In this document: positions 56,221-64,000 of the stretch, one piece after another
Position numbering within the stretch: the first letter of the stretch is position 1
How the letters are laid out: each line of letters begins with the position of its first letter
NCBI GenBank assembly: GCA_963776755.1
Contig: CAVZNW010000004.1
Location: 412,257 to 476,256 of the forward strand
Direction: 5' to 3'
Length of the DNA stretch: 64,000 nucleotides
Origin: an uncultured Acidobacteriota bacterium
GTDB lineage: Bacteria > Acidobacteriota > Thermoanaerobaculia > UBA5066 > Gp7-AA6
Translations under genes and position numbers: made by a program
The notes under the pieces: model-generated
Database searches by the model: none
The model's input: only the letters and a program-made list of their open reading frames with translations
Told to the model about the DNA's origin: nothing

Positions 56221-59157
56221 CTAGAAGCTGACCTGCACCCCGAGGCGCACGATGCGCGGGCTCTGGATCTCGATGGTCTGGTTGAAGGAAGGGTTCTTCA
56301 AGAAGGGCTTTTCTCCGGCCGGATCGTAGGTGCCTGCTTCGGGATCGCTGTTCAGAAGAGAGTTGCCGTTGGTCGCATTGAAGAGCTCGACGGCGGGCGT
56401 TACCGTGACCGGACCGACTTGGAACGGCCTCTGCAGGCGAAGGTCGAGCTGGTAGACGTCCGGATATCGGTAAGTGTCCATCCGGTCGATCAGGATCGAC
56501 CAGTTGTTGAATGCGACGTCGTTCGTTCGGACGTAGACGGAATAGGGCCTGGGATATCCCTGCCTGCCATAGAAGTTCGCGCCGAGGGTCAGGCCCCACG
56601 GGCCCTGATAGAGCCCGTTCAGGTTGAACTGCCAGCCGGCGTTCATCCAGACGTTGCGCTTGTCGGACGCGCCGGTCGACAGGCCGCCGTCGTCATTCTG
56701 TCCTCCGAGGCCCCAGAGATCGTTGGGATTGAGGATCGACTGCGGCGTGATGTATTGCCGGAAGCTGCTCCAGCCGAAGTTGCAGCGGAGCATCCAGTGG
56801 TCCGAGAGAGACTTCTCGACTGACACGTCGAGCCCGAAATATCGCTGCGTAGCGCCCGGACGGTTCTCCAGCACGTATCCCGACGGCGCCTCGGGGAGCG
56901 TCAGGATGTAGTAGGGCTCGTCGAACACGAGCCTGAAGCCCTCGGCATCGGTGACGGTGCCCGTCGCGTGACCGCCGAGCGCCCAGCTCGAGGGGCTCGT
57001 CCCGGCCGGGACCTGCGCCTGGAGACGGCTGGTACTGCGGTACGAGAACGTGCCCGACACCGCGAGCGTTTTGCCCAGCTGCTGGTCGATTCCGGCGGTG
57101 ATCTCGTCGGTTGCCGGTGTCCGGAAGTCCGGCGCAAGCGCGTAGGCCGTCGTCGGAAGTGTGGCCGGATCGACGCCGTTCCAGGTGCCGTGGGATACGT
57201 TCCAGTCGACCTCGTTCGGCTGAACGTCGTGGTCCTGGTTCAGATCGTTCCAGCCGTACCCGTAGCCGTTGATGTCCGGCAGGCCGTTGAGAAGGGCGGG
57301 AAGGTAGCCCAGTTGGTCCACGTAACGCGCGTACGAGGCCCGGAGCAGCGTGGCCTGTCCCGTTCCGGGCGCCCAGGTCGCCGAGACCCTGGGCTGCCAG
57401 TTCGTGAACTGGACTTGCCAGTCGGGCGCGCCGTGGTACCTCAGCTCCGGCAGGCCGGGGAAGCCCTCGGGCCCGCAGGTCGGACAGGGCTCGCTGAATA
57501 GCGGGTTGGCGAACGTCCGGCCAGGAAGGTTTCGCGCCCGCTGGAGGTCGAAACGAACGCCGGCCGAAATCGTGAGGTCGCGGGCAGTCAGGGTGTCCCC
57601 GAGCGTGCCCGTCCAGTACTCCGTCCGATAGATCCGGCGCACACCTCGAGTCAGCGTGGCGTCGGCGAACCCGTCCGCGAACGTGGAGCCCCAGTTCTGG
57701 CTGCCCGGAAGTCCGACGGTCGTGTCGGCAGTGAGCTGACGGTAGCCGAAGCCGAACTTGACTTCGTGATTGAGCGCGCCGGCCTCGAAAAACCTCGTGA
57801 CCTGAAGGCTCGCCTGGCTCTGCGGGGCCTTGGACACGCTGTAGAAGTAGGAATTGTGAAATGAGTCGTCGTAGAACTGGATGTCTCGATCGAGGCCGCC
57901 GACCGGCGTGAACTGGAAGTTCGTCGACTGGTAGGCGACGAAGGCCGATGCGAAGAGATCCGGCGAGAAGACGTTCGAGTCCTCGACCTTGTAGAAGTCC
58001 GCCGGGATGAGCACGTTCGTGCGCGTTTCGTAAGGACGGTCGGAGAATGCCTCGGTGCCGTACGCGAGGCGGTCGCTTCGCTGGTAATACATGGCCGCGG
58101 AATTGGCGTTTGAAATCTGGGCGTTCAGCTTGGCGCTCCATGGCTCGAGCGTCGTCGTCTGCGGATACGGGATCTCATCCGCGCGCAGAGTGGTCGGGCT
58201 CAGCGAGATGTCCTGTCGAGCGCCCGCCGCCCAGAGCCAGAGCCGGTCCTCGAGTATCGGCCCGCCGAGCTCCGCCCCGTACTCGCGGATGAACCGGGTG
58301 CGGTTGGTCTGCAGGCCCTGCTCGACGGAGGACTCGGGCGTGTTGTCCGACTGCCAGCTTGCCGATGCGTAGAGAAATCGGGCCGAGCCTTTCAGCTCGT
58401 TGGTCCCACGCTTGGTGACCACGTTGATCGTGACGCCCGACGTCTGCTGGTCGAGCGACGATCCGCCCGTCACGACCTCGACCTCCTGGAAAGTACCGAA
58501 GTCGAAGTAGGTGCTGGTGGCTCCGTTTTGCCGCTGGAGGGCGAAGCCATAGGTGTTGTTCGTCACGGTGGCACCGTCGATCGCATAGGTGACGTTGCCG
58601 GACCCGCGGCTCGCGAAACGCGGACCGCTGAGGTCGGCGCTGGCGCTTCCCGCGACGTTGACCGTGTCGAGCTGCACACCGGGGACCTGCTGGACGAGCG
58701 ACCAGACGTCGCGCGACGTCGGCACCTCCGTGAGCTGCCTGCCCGAGAAGCTCTCCCCGGTCGCGACTTTGCGGCGGTCGACCAGGGACGTGTCCCCCCG
58801 GACCGTGACGTCCTCCCGGACGCCCGCCGGCTGCAGCGGGAAGTCGACGTGGACGTTGCGGCCGACGGCGACGGCCACCTCCTGCCGCGTGAGCGTGGCG
58901 AAGCCTGGAACGGACACGGCGAGGGAGTAGGTGTCGGGCGGCACCTGGAGGAAGTGAAACAGTCCCTGCGCGTCGACCGTTGCCGTTTGAGGCGCCGCCG
59001 GGCCGGTGAGGGTCGCCGTGCCGCCGGCGATCGGAGAACCGTGCTCGTCGGTGACCCGGCCGTAGACGGCGCCGGTGTTCGACTGAGCGACCAGTGCGCC
59101 CGCGACGGCGACGGTCGCGGCCAGGACGAGAACGATTACGGGGACGGCCCTGGGCAT
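56221..59157 (-). CDS. TonB-dependent outer-membrane receptor with N-terminal carboxypeptidase-regulatory-like domain
   Basis: ORF 56221..59208 trimmed to the ATG at 59157, preceded by GGAGGGA. Signal peptide MPRAVPVIVLVLAATVAVAGALVAQS. CarboxypepD_reg-like start YGRVTDEHGSPIAGGTATL. A plug plus a roughly 22-strand barrel follow, ending in the C-terminal aromatic residue F. Confidence 0.85.
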   Translation of the reverse strand: MPRAVPVIVLVLAATVAVAGALVAQSNTGAVYGRVTDEHGSPIAGGTATLTGPAAPQTATVDAQGLFHFLQVPPDTYSLAVSVPGFATLTRQEVAVAVGRNVHVDFPLQPAGVREDVTVRGDTSLVDRRKVATGESFSGRQLTEVPTSRDVWSLVQQVPGVQLDTVNVAGSASADLSGPRFASRGSGNVTYAIDGATVTNNTYGFALQRQNGATSTYFDFGTFQEVEVVTGGSSLDQQTSGVTINVVTKRGTNELKGSARFLYASASWQSDNTPESSVEQGLQTNRTRFIREYGAELGGPILEDRLWLWAAGARQDISLSPTTLRADEIPYPQTTTLEPWSAKLNAQISNANSAAMYYQRSDRLAYGTEAFSDRPYETRTNVLIPADFYKVEDSNVFSPDLFASAFVAYQSTNFQFTPVGGLDRDIQFYDDSFHNSYFYSVSKAPQSQASLQVTRFFEAGALNHEVKFGFGYRQLTADTTVGLPGSQNWGSTFADGFADATLTRGVRRIYRTEYWTGTLGDTLTARDLTISAGVRFDLQRARNLPGRTFANPLFSEPCPTCGPEGFPGLPELRYHGAPDWQVQFTNWQPRVSATWAPGTGQATLLRASYARYVDQLGYLPALLNGLPDINGYGYGWNDLNQDHDVQPNEVDWNVSHGTWNGVDPATLPTTAYALAPDFRTPATDEITAGIDQQLGKTLAVSGTFSYRSTSRLQAQVPAGTSPSSWALGGHATGTVTDAEGFRLVFDEPYYILTLPEAPSGYVLENRPGATQRYFGLDVSVEKSLSDHWMLRCNFGWSSFRQYITPQSILNPNDLWGLGGQNDDGGLSTGASDKRNVWMNAGWQFNLNGLYQGPWGLTLGANFYGRQGYPRPYSVYVRTNDVAFNNWSILIDRMDTYRYPDVYQLDLRLQRPFQVGPVTVTPAVELFNATNGNSLLNSDPEAGTYDPAGEKPFLKNPSFNQTIEIQSPRIVRLGVQVSF

Positions 59158-59247
59158 GAGCAACGATCCCTCCTGGCAGGCGACGGTCGCGGGTTCGGTT
59201 GCCTCCATGCTACTGCGATCGAAACGAGGCGGGAGCGGGGGCTTCGC

Positions 59248-61806
59248 CTATTTCAATCCGTCCACGACGAAGAGGTCGGAAGCCTCGACGCGCTCGTAAC
59301 TGTAGGCGTAGGAGCGCCCGTCCGGCGTGATCATGGCGGACCACAGTCTCGTCACTCCGATCAGATCCGCCGGCTGGAATTCCAGCCAGCTCGACGTCTT
59401 CCCGGTCGAGATTTCGCGTCGGAGAAAGCTGCCGGGTATGCCGAATCGGACTCGGACCAGGAAGAGGAAGCGCCCGTCGGCGCTCCAGGTCACGAGCTGA
59501 TCGTCCCGGCCCACGGGAGGACCCGGGAGCGGACGCGCGTCGCCGCCCGACAGGGAAGCCGCCATCAGGCTTCCGTCCGTGGCGTCATAGGCCATGAGCT
59601 CTCCGTCCGGCGAGTAGGCGACTCCTTCGCCGCGGAAGTTCGGCATGCGCACCGGCCGGGGGGAACCTCCATCGAGCTCGGCGACGAACAACTCAGCCTC
59701 TCCACTCGCGCCCAGGCGCCAGATCACGATCCGCTTGCCGCCGGGCACGAGTTGTGCGAGGGACGCCTTGAGCTCGCCGAGAGGGATCTTCTTCGGGGAG
59801 CCCGGTCCCGCGGATAGCATCCAGAGATCCGTTCCCCGAACGACGAGGCCCCCGTCCGGCAAAAGGGCAACGGGAGCTCCCTCGCCCAGCCGAATGGGCG
59901 CGGATCCGTCACAGTGCCGCAGGTAGGCGACCTCGGCGTTCGTCCGGCCCTCGTTGTAGTGGCCGAAGAGGAGGGTTCGGCCGTCGTTGGAAACATCCCG
60001 AAGCTCCGAGTCGGTGCCCCAGGAGATGTCCCGCTCGCCGGGCTCGCCGGCCCGGAAGCAGGACGATCCTTTGCGCCGCGAGGCTCGCTCGAGCAGGATT
60101 CGCCCGTCGGGGGAGACGTCATGGAGAACGAGGCTCGATCCGACGGCGGGCATCAGCACCCGCTGTCGGCCGGAGAGGTTTGCCGCGCGAAGCGCCATGG
60201 ATTCATCTGTGGCGCCTCCGACGAAGAGAAGCTCGCCGGCCTTGGGGGACCAATCGTAGCCTTGGATGCCCGCCAGGTGGCTGGCCAGCGTCCGTTTGCC
60301 CCCGTTCCGGTCGAAGGCCACGAGCTGAAAGCCGGTTTCGCTACCCTCGACAGTCGCGACCCACGCGCCGTCCGGAGAAACGCGCATGGACCGCTCGAGA
60401 ATGAAGGACTCCATCAGGACACGGCCAATCGGGTATTCCAACTGCTCCTTGCCTCCGACGGCTCGAACGATCGCCAGCTCCCGGCCGTCGGGCGCCCAAT
60501 CCGCCGCGAACACGTCCTGAAGCAATTCCTTCGGGGCATCGCCGCCGAGAGGAAGTTGGGCCAGTGTCCCCATGCCGAGCGAGTTGCGAAGGTTGCCGTT
60601 CTTCTTGAGGATGGCGAGCTCTCCCTGGTGAGAGATGGACAGGACCATCGCCTTCTCGATTCCCAGTGACGTCGACTCGACCGTGTCCGTCCGGACGGAG
60701 AAGATCTCCGCGGGCTTGCCCTCCCAGGCCGCGCTGTACACCACGGTCTTTCCGTCGGGCGTGAATCGCGCCGACAGCACGTTGCCGCGGCGAGAGGTCA
60801 GGCGGCGAAACGTCGGCTCCGGCGTCTTCGAAAGCTCGGGGCCGAATCGGACGCCCGACCAGAAGAGAACTCCCGCCAGGGCAGCGGCCGCAACGGTCGC
60901 AGCGACCCGTCGCAACGATCGGCGACGCGGCGAGATCCGGCGCGCCTCCGGCGCGGGCGTGACGGCCGACAGGGCCCCGAGGTCGAAGGCGAGATCGCGC
61001 GCGGACTGGAAGCGGTCGCCGGGCGCCTTCTCGAGGCAGTGCGTGACGACGCGCTCGAGGGCCGGCGGGACCTGGCGCCCGCTCTGCGACAGAAGCGAGG
61101 GCTCCTCCCGCAGGATCGCGTTCATCGTCTCGACGGAGGTCTCGCCCTTGAACGCACGCCTGCCGGAGAGCATTTCGTGGAGGACGGCCCCGAAGGAGAA
61201 GATGTCGGAGCGATGGTCGGCGGGCTCGCCGCGGACCTGCTCGGGGGACATGTAGCCGACGGTTCCGACGACGGAGCCGATCTCGCTGTGATCGGTGAGC
61301 GTGGGGTTGCCGGGATCCCGCGAGGCGCGAATCTGTCGCGCGAGACCGAAGTCCAGGATCTTGACGACGCCGTCCTTCGTCAGGAACAGGTTCTCGGGCT
61401 TCAGGTCCCGGTGAACGATGCCCCTCTCGTGGGCGGCCGCGAGGCCGAGCGCGATCTCGCGTCCAATCTCCGCGGCCCGGCGCGCGGGGATCGGCCCGCG
61501 GTCGAGCCGCTGGCGCAGGGTGTCGCCCGAGAGCAGCTCGGTGACGGCGTAGGTGACGCCGCCGGAGGTCCCGAAGTCGTGGATGGCGAGGATGTTCGGG
61601 TGCGACAGCGCCGCGACGGCCTTCGCCTCGCGCTCGAAGCGGGCGAGGGCGCCCGGGTCCGCGGCGGTCGCCTCCGGGAGCACCTTGACGGCGACCTCGC
61701 GGTCGAGCTTCGTGTCCTTCGCGCGGTAGACCTCGCCCATCCCCCCTGCGCCGATCGGCGACAGGATCTCGTAGGGGCCCAGCCTCGTACCTGCGATGAG
61801 ACTCAT
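59248..61806 (-). CDS. Ser/Thr protein kinase 5 with TolB-like beta-propeller; sensor domain paralogous to kinase 2
   Basis: [31 protein letters not shown]...HRDLKPEN...DFG. TM segment VAATVAAAALAGVLF. The ectodomain start [34 protein letters not shown] aligns with kinase 2. Confidence 0.9.
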   Translation of the reverse strand: MSLIAGTRLGPYEILSPIGAGGMGEVYRAKDTKLDREVAVKVLPEATAADPGALARFEREAKAVAALSHPNILAIHDFGTSGGVTYAVTELLSGDTLRQRLDRGPIPARRAAEIGREIALGLAAAHERGIVHRDLKPENLFLTKDGVVKILDFGLARQIRASRDPGNPTLTDHSEIGSVVGTVGYMSPEQVRGEPADHRSDIFSFGAVLHEMLSGRRAFKGETSVETMNAILREEPSLLSQSGRQVPPALERVVTHCLEKAPGDRFQSARDLAFDLGALSAVTPAPEARRISPRRRSLRRVAATVAAAALAGVLFWSGVRFGPELSKTPEPTFRRLTSRRGNVLSARFTPDGKTVVYSAAWEGKPAEIFSVRTDTVESTSLGIEKAMVLSISHQGELAILKKNGNLRNSLGMGTLAQLPLGGDAPKELLQDVFAADWAPDGRELAIVRAVGGKEQLEYPIGRVLMESFILERSMRVSPDGAWVATVEGSETGFQLVAFDRNGGKRTLASHLAGIQGYDWSPKAGELLFVGGATDESMALRAANLSGRQRVLMPAVGSSLVLHDVSPDGRILLERASRRKGSSCFRAGEPGERDISWGTDSELRDVSNDGRTLLFGHYNEGRTNAEVAYLRHCDGSAPIRLGEGAPVALLPDGGLVVRGTDLWMLSAGPGSPKKIPLGELKASLAQLVPGGKRIVIWRLGASGEAELFVAELDGGSPRPVRMPNFRGEGVAYSPDGELMAYDATDGSLMAASLSGGDARPLPGPPVGRDDQLVTWSADGRFLFLVRVRFGIPGSFLRREISTGKTSSWLEFQPADLIGVTRLWSAMITPDGRSYAYSYERVEASDLFVVDGLK

Positions 61807-62055
61807 GCCCGCCGACTTCTCACGTTGACCTCACGCTCCCTGTTGCTCGCGGCGCGAATAGTCTCCCGAGCGAAGCGAGGGAGGAGTTCGCGCCGCGGGA
61901 GCGAAGCGCAGCGAGGAGGTCAGGCGCGCGGTCGAGCCCCTGGGCGAGCCGCACGCCGGTGGCGAAGCCAGACCTCGAGCAAGCGGAGCGACGGTAGCCT
62001 CGCCCATCCCCCCTGCGCCGATCGGCGACAGGATCTCGTAGGGGCCCAGCCTCGT
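61731..62055. repeat. 58-bp perfect direct repeat (61731..61788 and 61998..62055) flanking a 209-bp unique segment that carries the present kinase 5 start codon
   Basis: Direct comparison of the two stretches. Both copies have the sense orientation of the kinase N-terminal codons. Confidence 0.75.
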
Positions 62056-62072
62056 CCGGGCGCGATGGTCAT
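61998..62072 (-). pseudogene. Fossil 5' end of a Ser/Thr kinase gene (ATG plus about 24 codons, 1-nt deletion) with its own TAGAAT box
   Basis: ATGACCATCGCGCCCGGA-CGAGGCTGGGCCCCTACGAGATCCTGTCGCCGATCGGCGCAGGGGGGATGGGCGAGG would encode MTIAPG(S)[18 protein letters not shown]. Of this, 58 nt are identical to kinase 5 at 61731..61788. Confidence 0.6.
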
Positions 62073-62087
62073 GAAGCTGGCGGAATT

Positions 62088-63189
62088 CTACGTCGGCCAG
62101 AGGTTCCCGGAGGAACCTACCCAGGTCCTGTCCTTGTTGTAGTTGACGCCCATCATCTTGCCCTGCGAGAGACGGGCGAGCGTCGTGACTGGGAAGGGCT
62201 GTCCTTCCCGCCAGACGAACATCACGCGCACCTCGACCTTCGAGAAGTTCCCGTCCGCCGTGGCGATCGCGGGCGCGTACTCGATCTTCCTCATCAGGAG
62301 CGTCGAGGCGCGCTGGTCCGCCGGTACGGCCGCGACGTCCGCGGGCGTGACCTCGACCTTGACGCCCGAGCCGGCGAAGGAGAAGAGCGGCTTCAGGACC
62401 CAGTTCTCGAGATCCTTCGGCACGGCCGGCAGGTCCGACAGGAAGAACGACTCGGGGACGGTCGGGTGATGGAGCTCCGGCAGGCAGTGCTTGCTCCACC
62501 GGAAGTACCAGTTGGGATGCCCCGCCCAGGAGACGTCGAGGCGCGAGGTCAGGTCGAAGGGCAGCTTCGCGCCGCTCGCCTCGAGCTCGTCGAAGATGAG
62601 GCGGTTGTAGATCCGGCGGATGCGCGTCGGCTTGCCGTCGCGCCGGTACCAGAGCTCTCGGCCGCGTTTCTCGATCTGCGGACGGGTCGAGGGCCCTGAC
62701 CCCCCAGAACTGCTCGGTGAACGCGAAGTCGATGGCGGTCTTCTGGTGCGGAGGATCGAGGTCGAGGAGGATGACTTCCTCCGGCGGCAGGCCCGAGAGG
62801 ATTGCCTCGCCGACGATCCGCTTGTAGCCCGGCGTGTCGAGGCCCGAGAGGTACCAGTCGAGCTTCTCGCCGCCGGGGCAGAGGCGCGCGAGCTCCTCGC
62901 ACTGCGCGACCTGGAAGGCATAGAGCGTCGGGAAGGCCTGGAGCTCGATCAGCCTCGGGACGAGCCGCCCGCCGGTCTCGCGAGCCACGGCGAAGTCGGT
63001 GACCGCAAAGACGGGGAGCTCGTCGCAGCCCGGCACGTCGAGCTCTCGCGGCACGGCGGCGAGAGACCGGTGGAGCGCCGCCGGGGTCGAGAGCTGCCGG
63101 AAGATCTCGAGGGAGGCCTCGACCATCTTGTCGCGCAGCTCCGGCGGGAGAAAGGCCGGCGTCTCGGCCAGGCGGAACGGGATCGCCAT
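62088..63189 (-). CDS. Hypothetical protein, possibly ATP-grasp-like fold; apparent 1-nt insertion at a C6 run (about 62700-62705)
   Basis: The N-terminal half (MAIPFRLAETPAFLPPEL...) is in ORF 61831..63189. The C-terminal half (...WVLKPLFSFAGSGVKVEV...) is in ORF 62088..62921. Length is 3n+1. Confidence 0.45.
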
Positions 63190-63304
63190 CCCGCCGCGCG
63201 CCTCCAGGCGCCGCGCGTATTCGCGGTAGCGCGTCCTGGGTGAACGCGGCGTTGTACGCGCGGCGAAGCTCCGGGATCATCGGCCGCGAGTCTACCGAAT
63301 CCTG

Positions 63305-64000
63305 CTACTTCGTCTTGAGCAAAGAGGTCCAGTGCAGGCGGACGAGTGTTCCGGACTCCACGCCGGCCTTCTGGCGGACCACGAGGAAGCGCCGGCCGTC
63401 GGGGGAGGCGTCGTAGACCTCGGGCGAGAACGCGGCGGCTTCGGCGGCGCCGAGAACGAAGAGCGGCTGGGGCGTCCCGAAGGACACTCCGGAGGCCGAA
63501 GGCGTCACGGAGACGGCGACGAGCCGGCCGTCGCCGTCGACGTAGAAGAGCTCCCGGCCGTCGCGCCGCCAGACGGGGCTGTGGCCGACGCCGGAGGATG
63601 CCATACGCTTGGGGCCTCCGGCGACCGCCGAGACGTAGACCTCCGGGTGCCCGGTCTCCGTCGACGTGAAGGCGATCGAGCGGCCGTCGGGGGAGAATCG
63701 GGCGCCGCTCTCCACGAACCCCTCGGTGGCGACGAATGCCCTGGGCTCGGCCCCTCCGGAAAGCGGCAGGAGCCAGACGTCTTCGTCGCGCTGGCTCGGG
63801 GAACCGATGAAGGCGAGAAGCGAGCCGTCGGGGGAGACGTTGGCGCCGAGCTTGTCCCATTTCGTCGCGAGGACCGTGGTTTCCGCGCCCCCGTCGGCGG
63901 GGCGGCGGTACAGGTCGTACGGGCCTTTGCGGTCGGAGGCGTAAACGAGCGCGCTCGAGTCGGGAAGCCAGGCCGGGCTGAACTCGTCCGAGCGTTCGGT
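63305..64000 (-). CDS. C-terminal TolB-like beta-propeller region of a protein continuing beyond the window end (probably a sixth Ser/Thr kinase); partial
   Basis: One continuous reading frame runs from nt 64000 to the stop at 63305. It contains SPDGSLLAF, SPDGRSIAF, WRRDGRELFYV and SPDGRRFLV blades, similar to the C-termini of kinases 3 and 4. Confidence 0.75.
   Translation of the reverse strand, partial: TERSDEFSPAWLPDSSALVYASDRKGPYDLYRRPADGGAETTVLATKWDKLGANVSPDGSLLAFIGSPSQRDEDVWLLPLSGGAEPRAFVATEGFVESGARFSPDGRSIAFTSTETGHPEVYVSAVAGGPKRMASSGVGHSPVWRRDGRELFYVDGDGRLVAVSVTPSASGVSFGTPQPLFVLGAAEAAAFSPEVYDASPDGRRFLVVRQKAGVESGTLVRLHWTSLLKTK

Overview
High-GC (about 70%) bacterial chromosomal window. 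The gene content suggests a soil Acidobacteriota- or Gemmatimonadota-like organism; that inference rests on the abundance of membrane Ser/Thr kinases with TolB-like beta-propellers and a TonB receptor with an N-terminal carboxypeptidase-regulatory-like domain. I can support about 50 protein-coding genes, 2 tRNAs and several repeats, all from the sequence and ORF translations only.

Main blocks:
- Block 1 (0.1-23 kb): an amino-acid permease, then an array of Hanks-type Ser/Thr kinases. Kinases 1 and 2 are tandem paralogs with a mazEF-like toxin-antitoxin pair between them; kinases 3 and 4 follow. These are interleaved with secreted hydrolases: an alpha/beta esterase, an M24 peptidase, an M48 peptidase, an MBL-fold hydrolase, an S9 oligopeptidase and a two-domain M16 peptidase.
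- Block 2 (23-30 kb): a TPR protein, a MetE-C-terminal-like methyltransferase, a large BNR/sortilin-like protein and a Tat-signal amidohydrolase.
- Block 3 (29.5-37 kb): tRNA-Arg(TCT) with a 27-nt 5'-end partial duplicate upstream. Downstream are a SnoaL-like protein, a ChrB-domain protein coupled to an MFS transporter, an MMPL transporter and a secreted collagen-like (Gly-X-Y) protein. The collagen-like gene carries a perfect 282-bp internal tandem repeat.
- Block 4 (37-41 kb): a feo locus. Order is Cys-rich membrane protein, feoB, a zinc-ribbon mini-protein, then a DtxR-family regulator with a FeoA/SH3-like C-terminus. There is no separate feoA.
- Block 5 (40.7-45.9 kb): an nfnAB/sudAB-like pair and a korAB-like pair. 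Both pairs are densely frameshifted.
- Block 6 (46-50 kb): a secreted metallophosphoesterase translationally coupled to a transporter related to nucleotide transporters (NTT/TLC family) that is fused to HEAT repeats.
- Block 7 (50-56 kb): a secreted protein with PI3/PI4-kinase-like motifs and a P-loop protein. These sit beside a co-directional cluster of SAM methyltransferase, TadA-like deaminase, SET-domain protein and tRNA-Pro(TGG). A vapBC pair coupled to an esterase follows.
- Block 8 (56-64 kb): a TonB-dependent receptor, kinase 5 (preceded by a fossil kinase 5' end inside a 58-bp direct repeat), an ATP-grasp-like hypothetical, and the C-terminus of a further beta-propeller protein that runs off the window.

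No CRISPR array, integrase or transposase is evident.

A striking global feature is at least 12 single-nucleotide indels that interrupt otherwise well-conserved genes, concentrated between 35 and 53 kb. Systematic sequencing error is the leading explanation; genuine pseudogenisation is the alternative.

CDS coordinates are anchored on the supplied ORF track. Non-CDS coordinates may be off by 1-2 nt.
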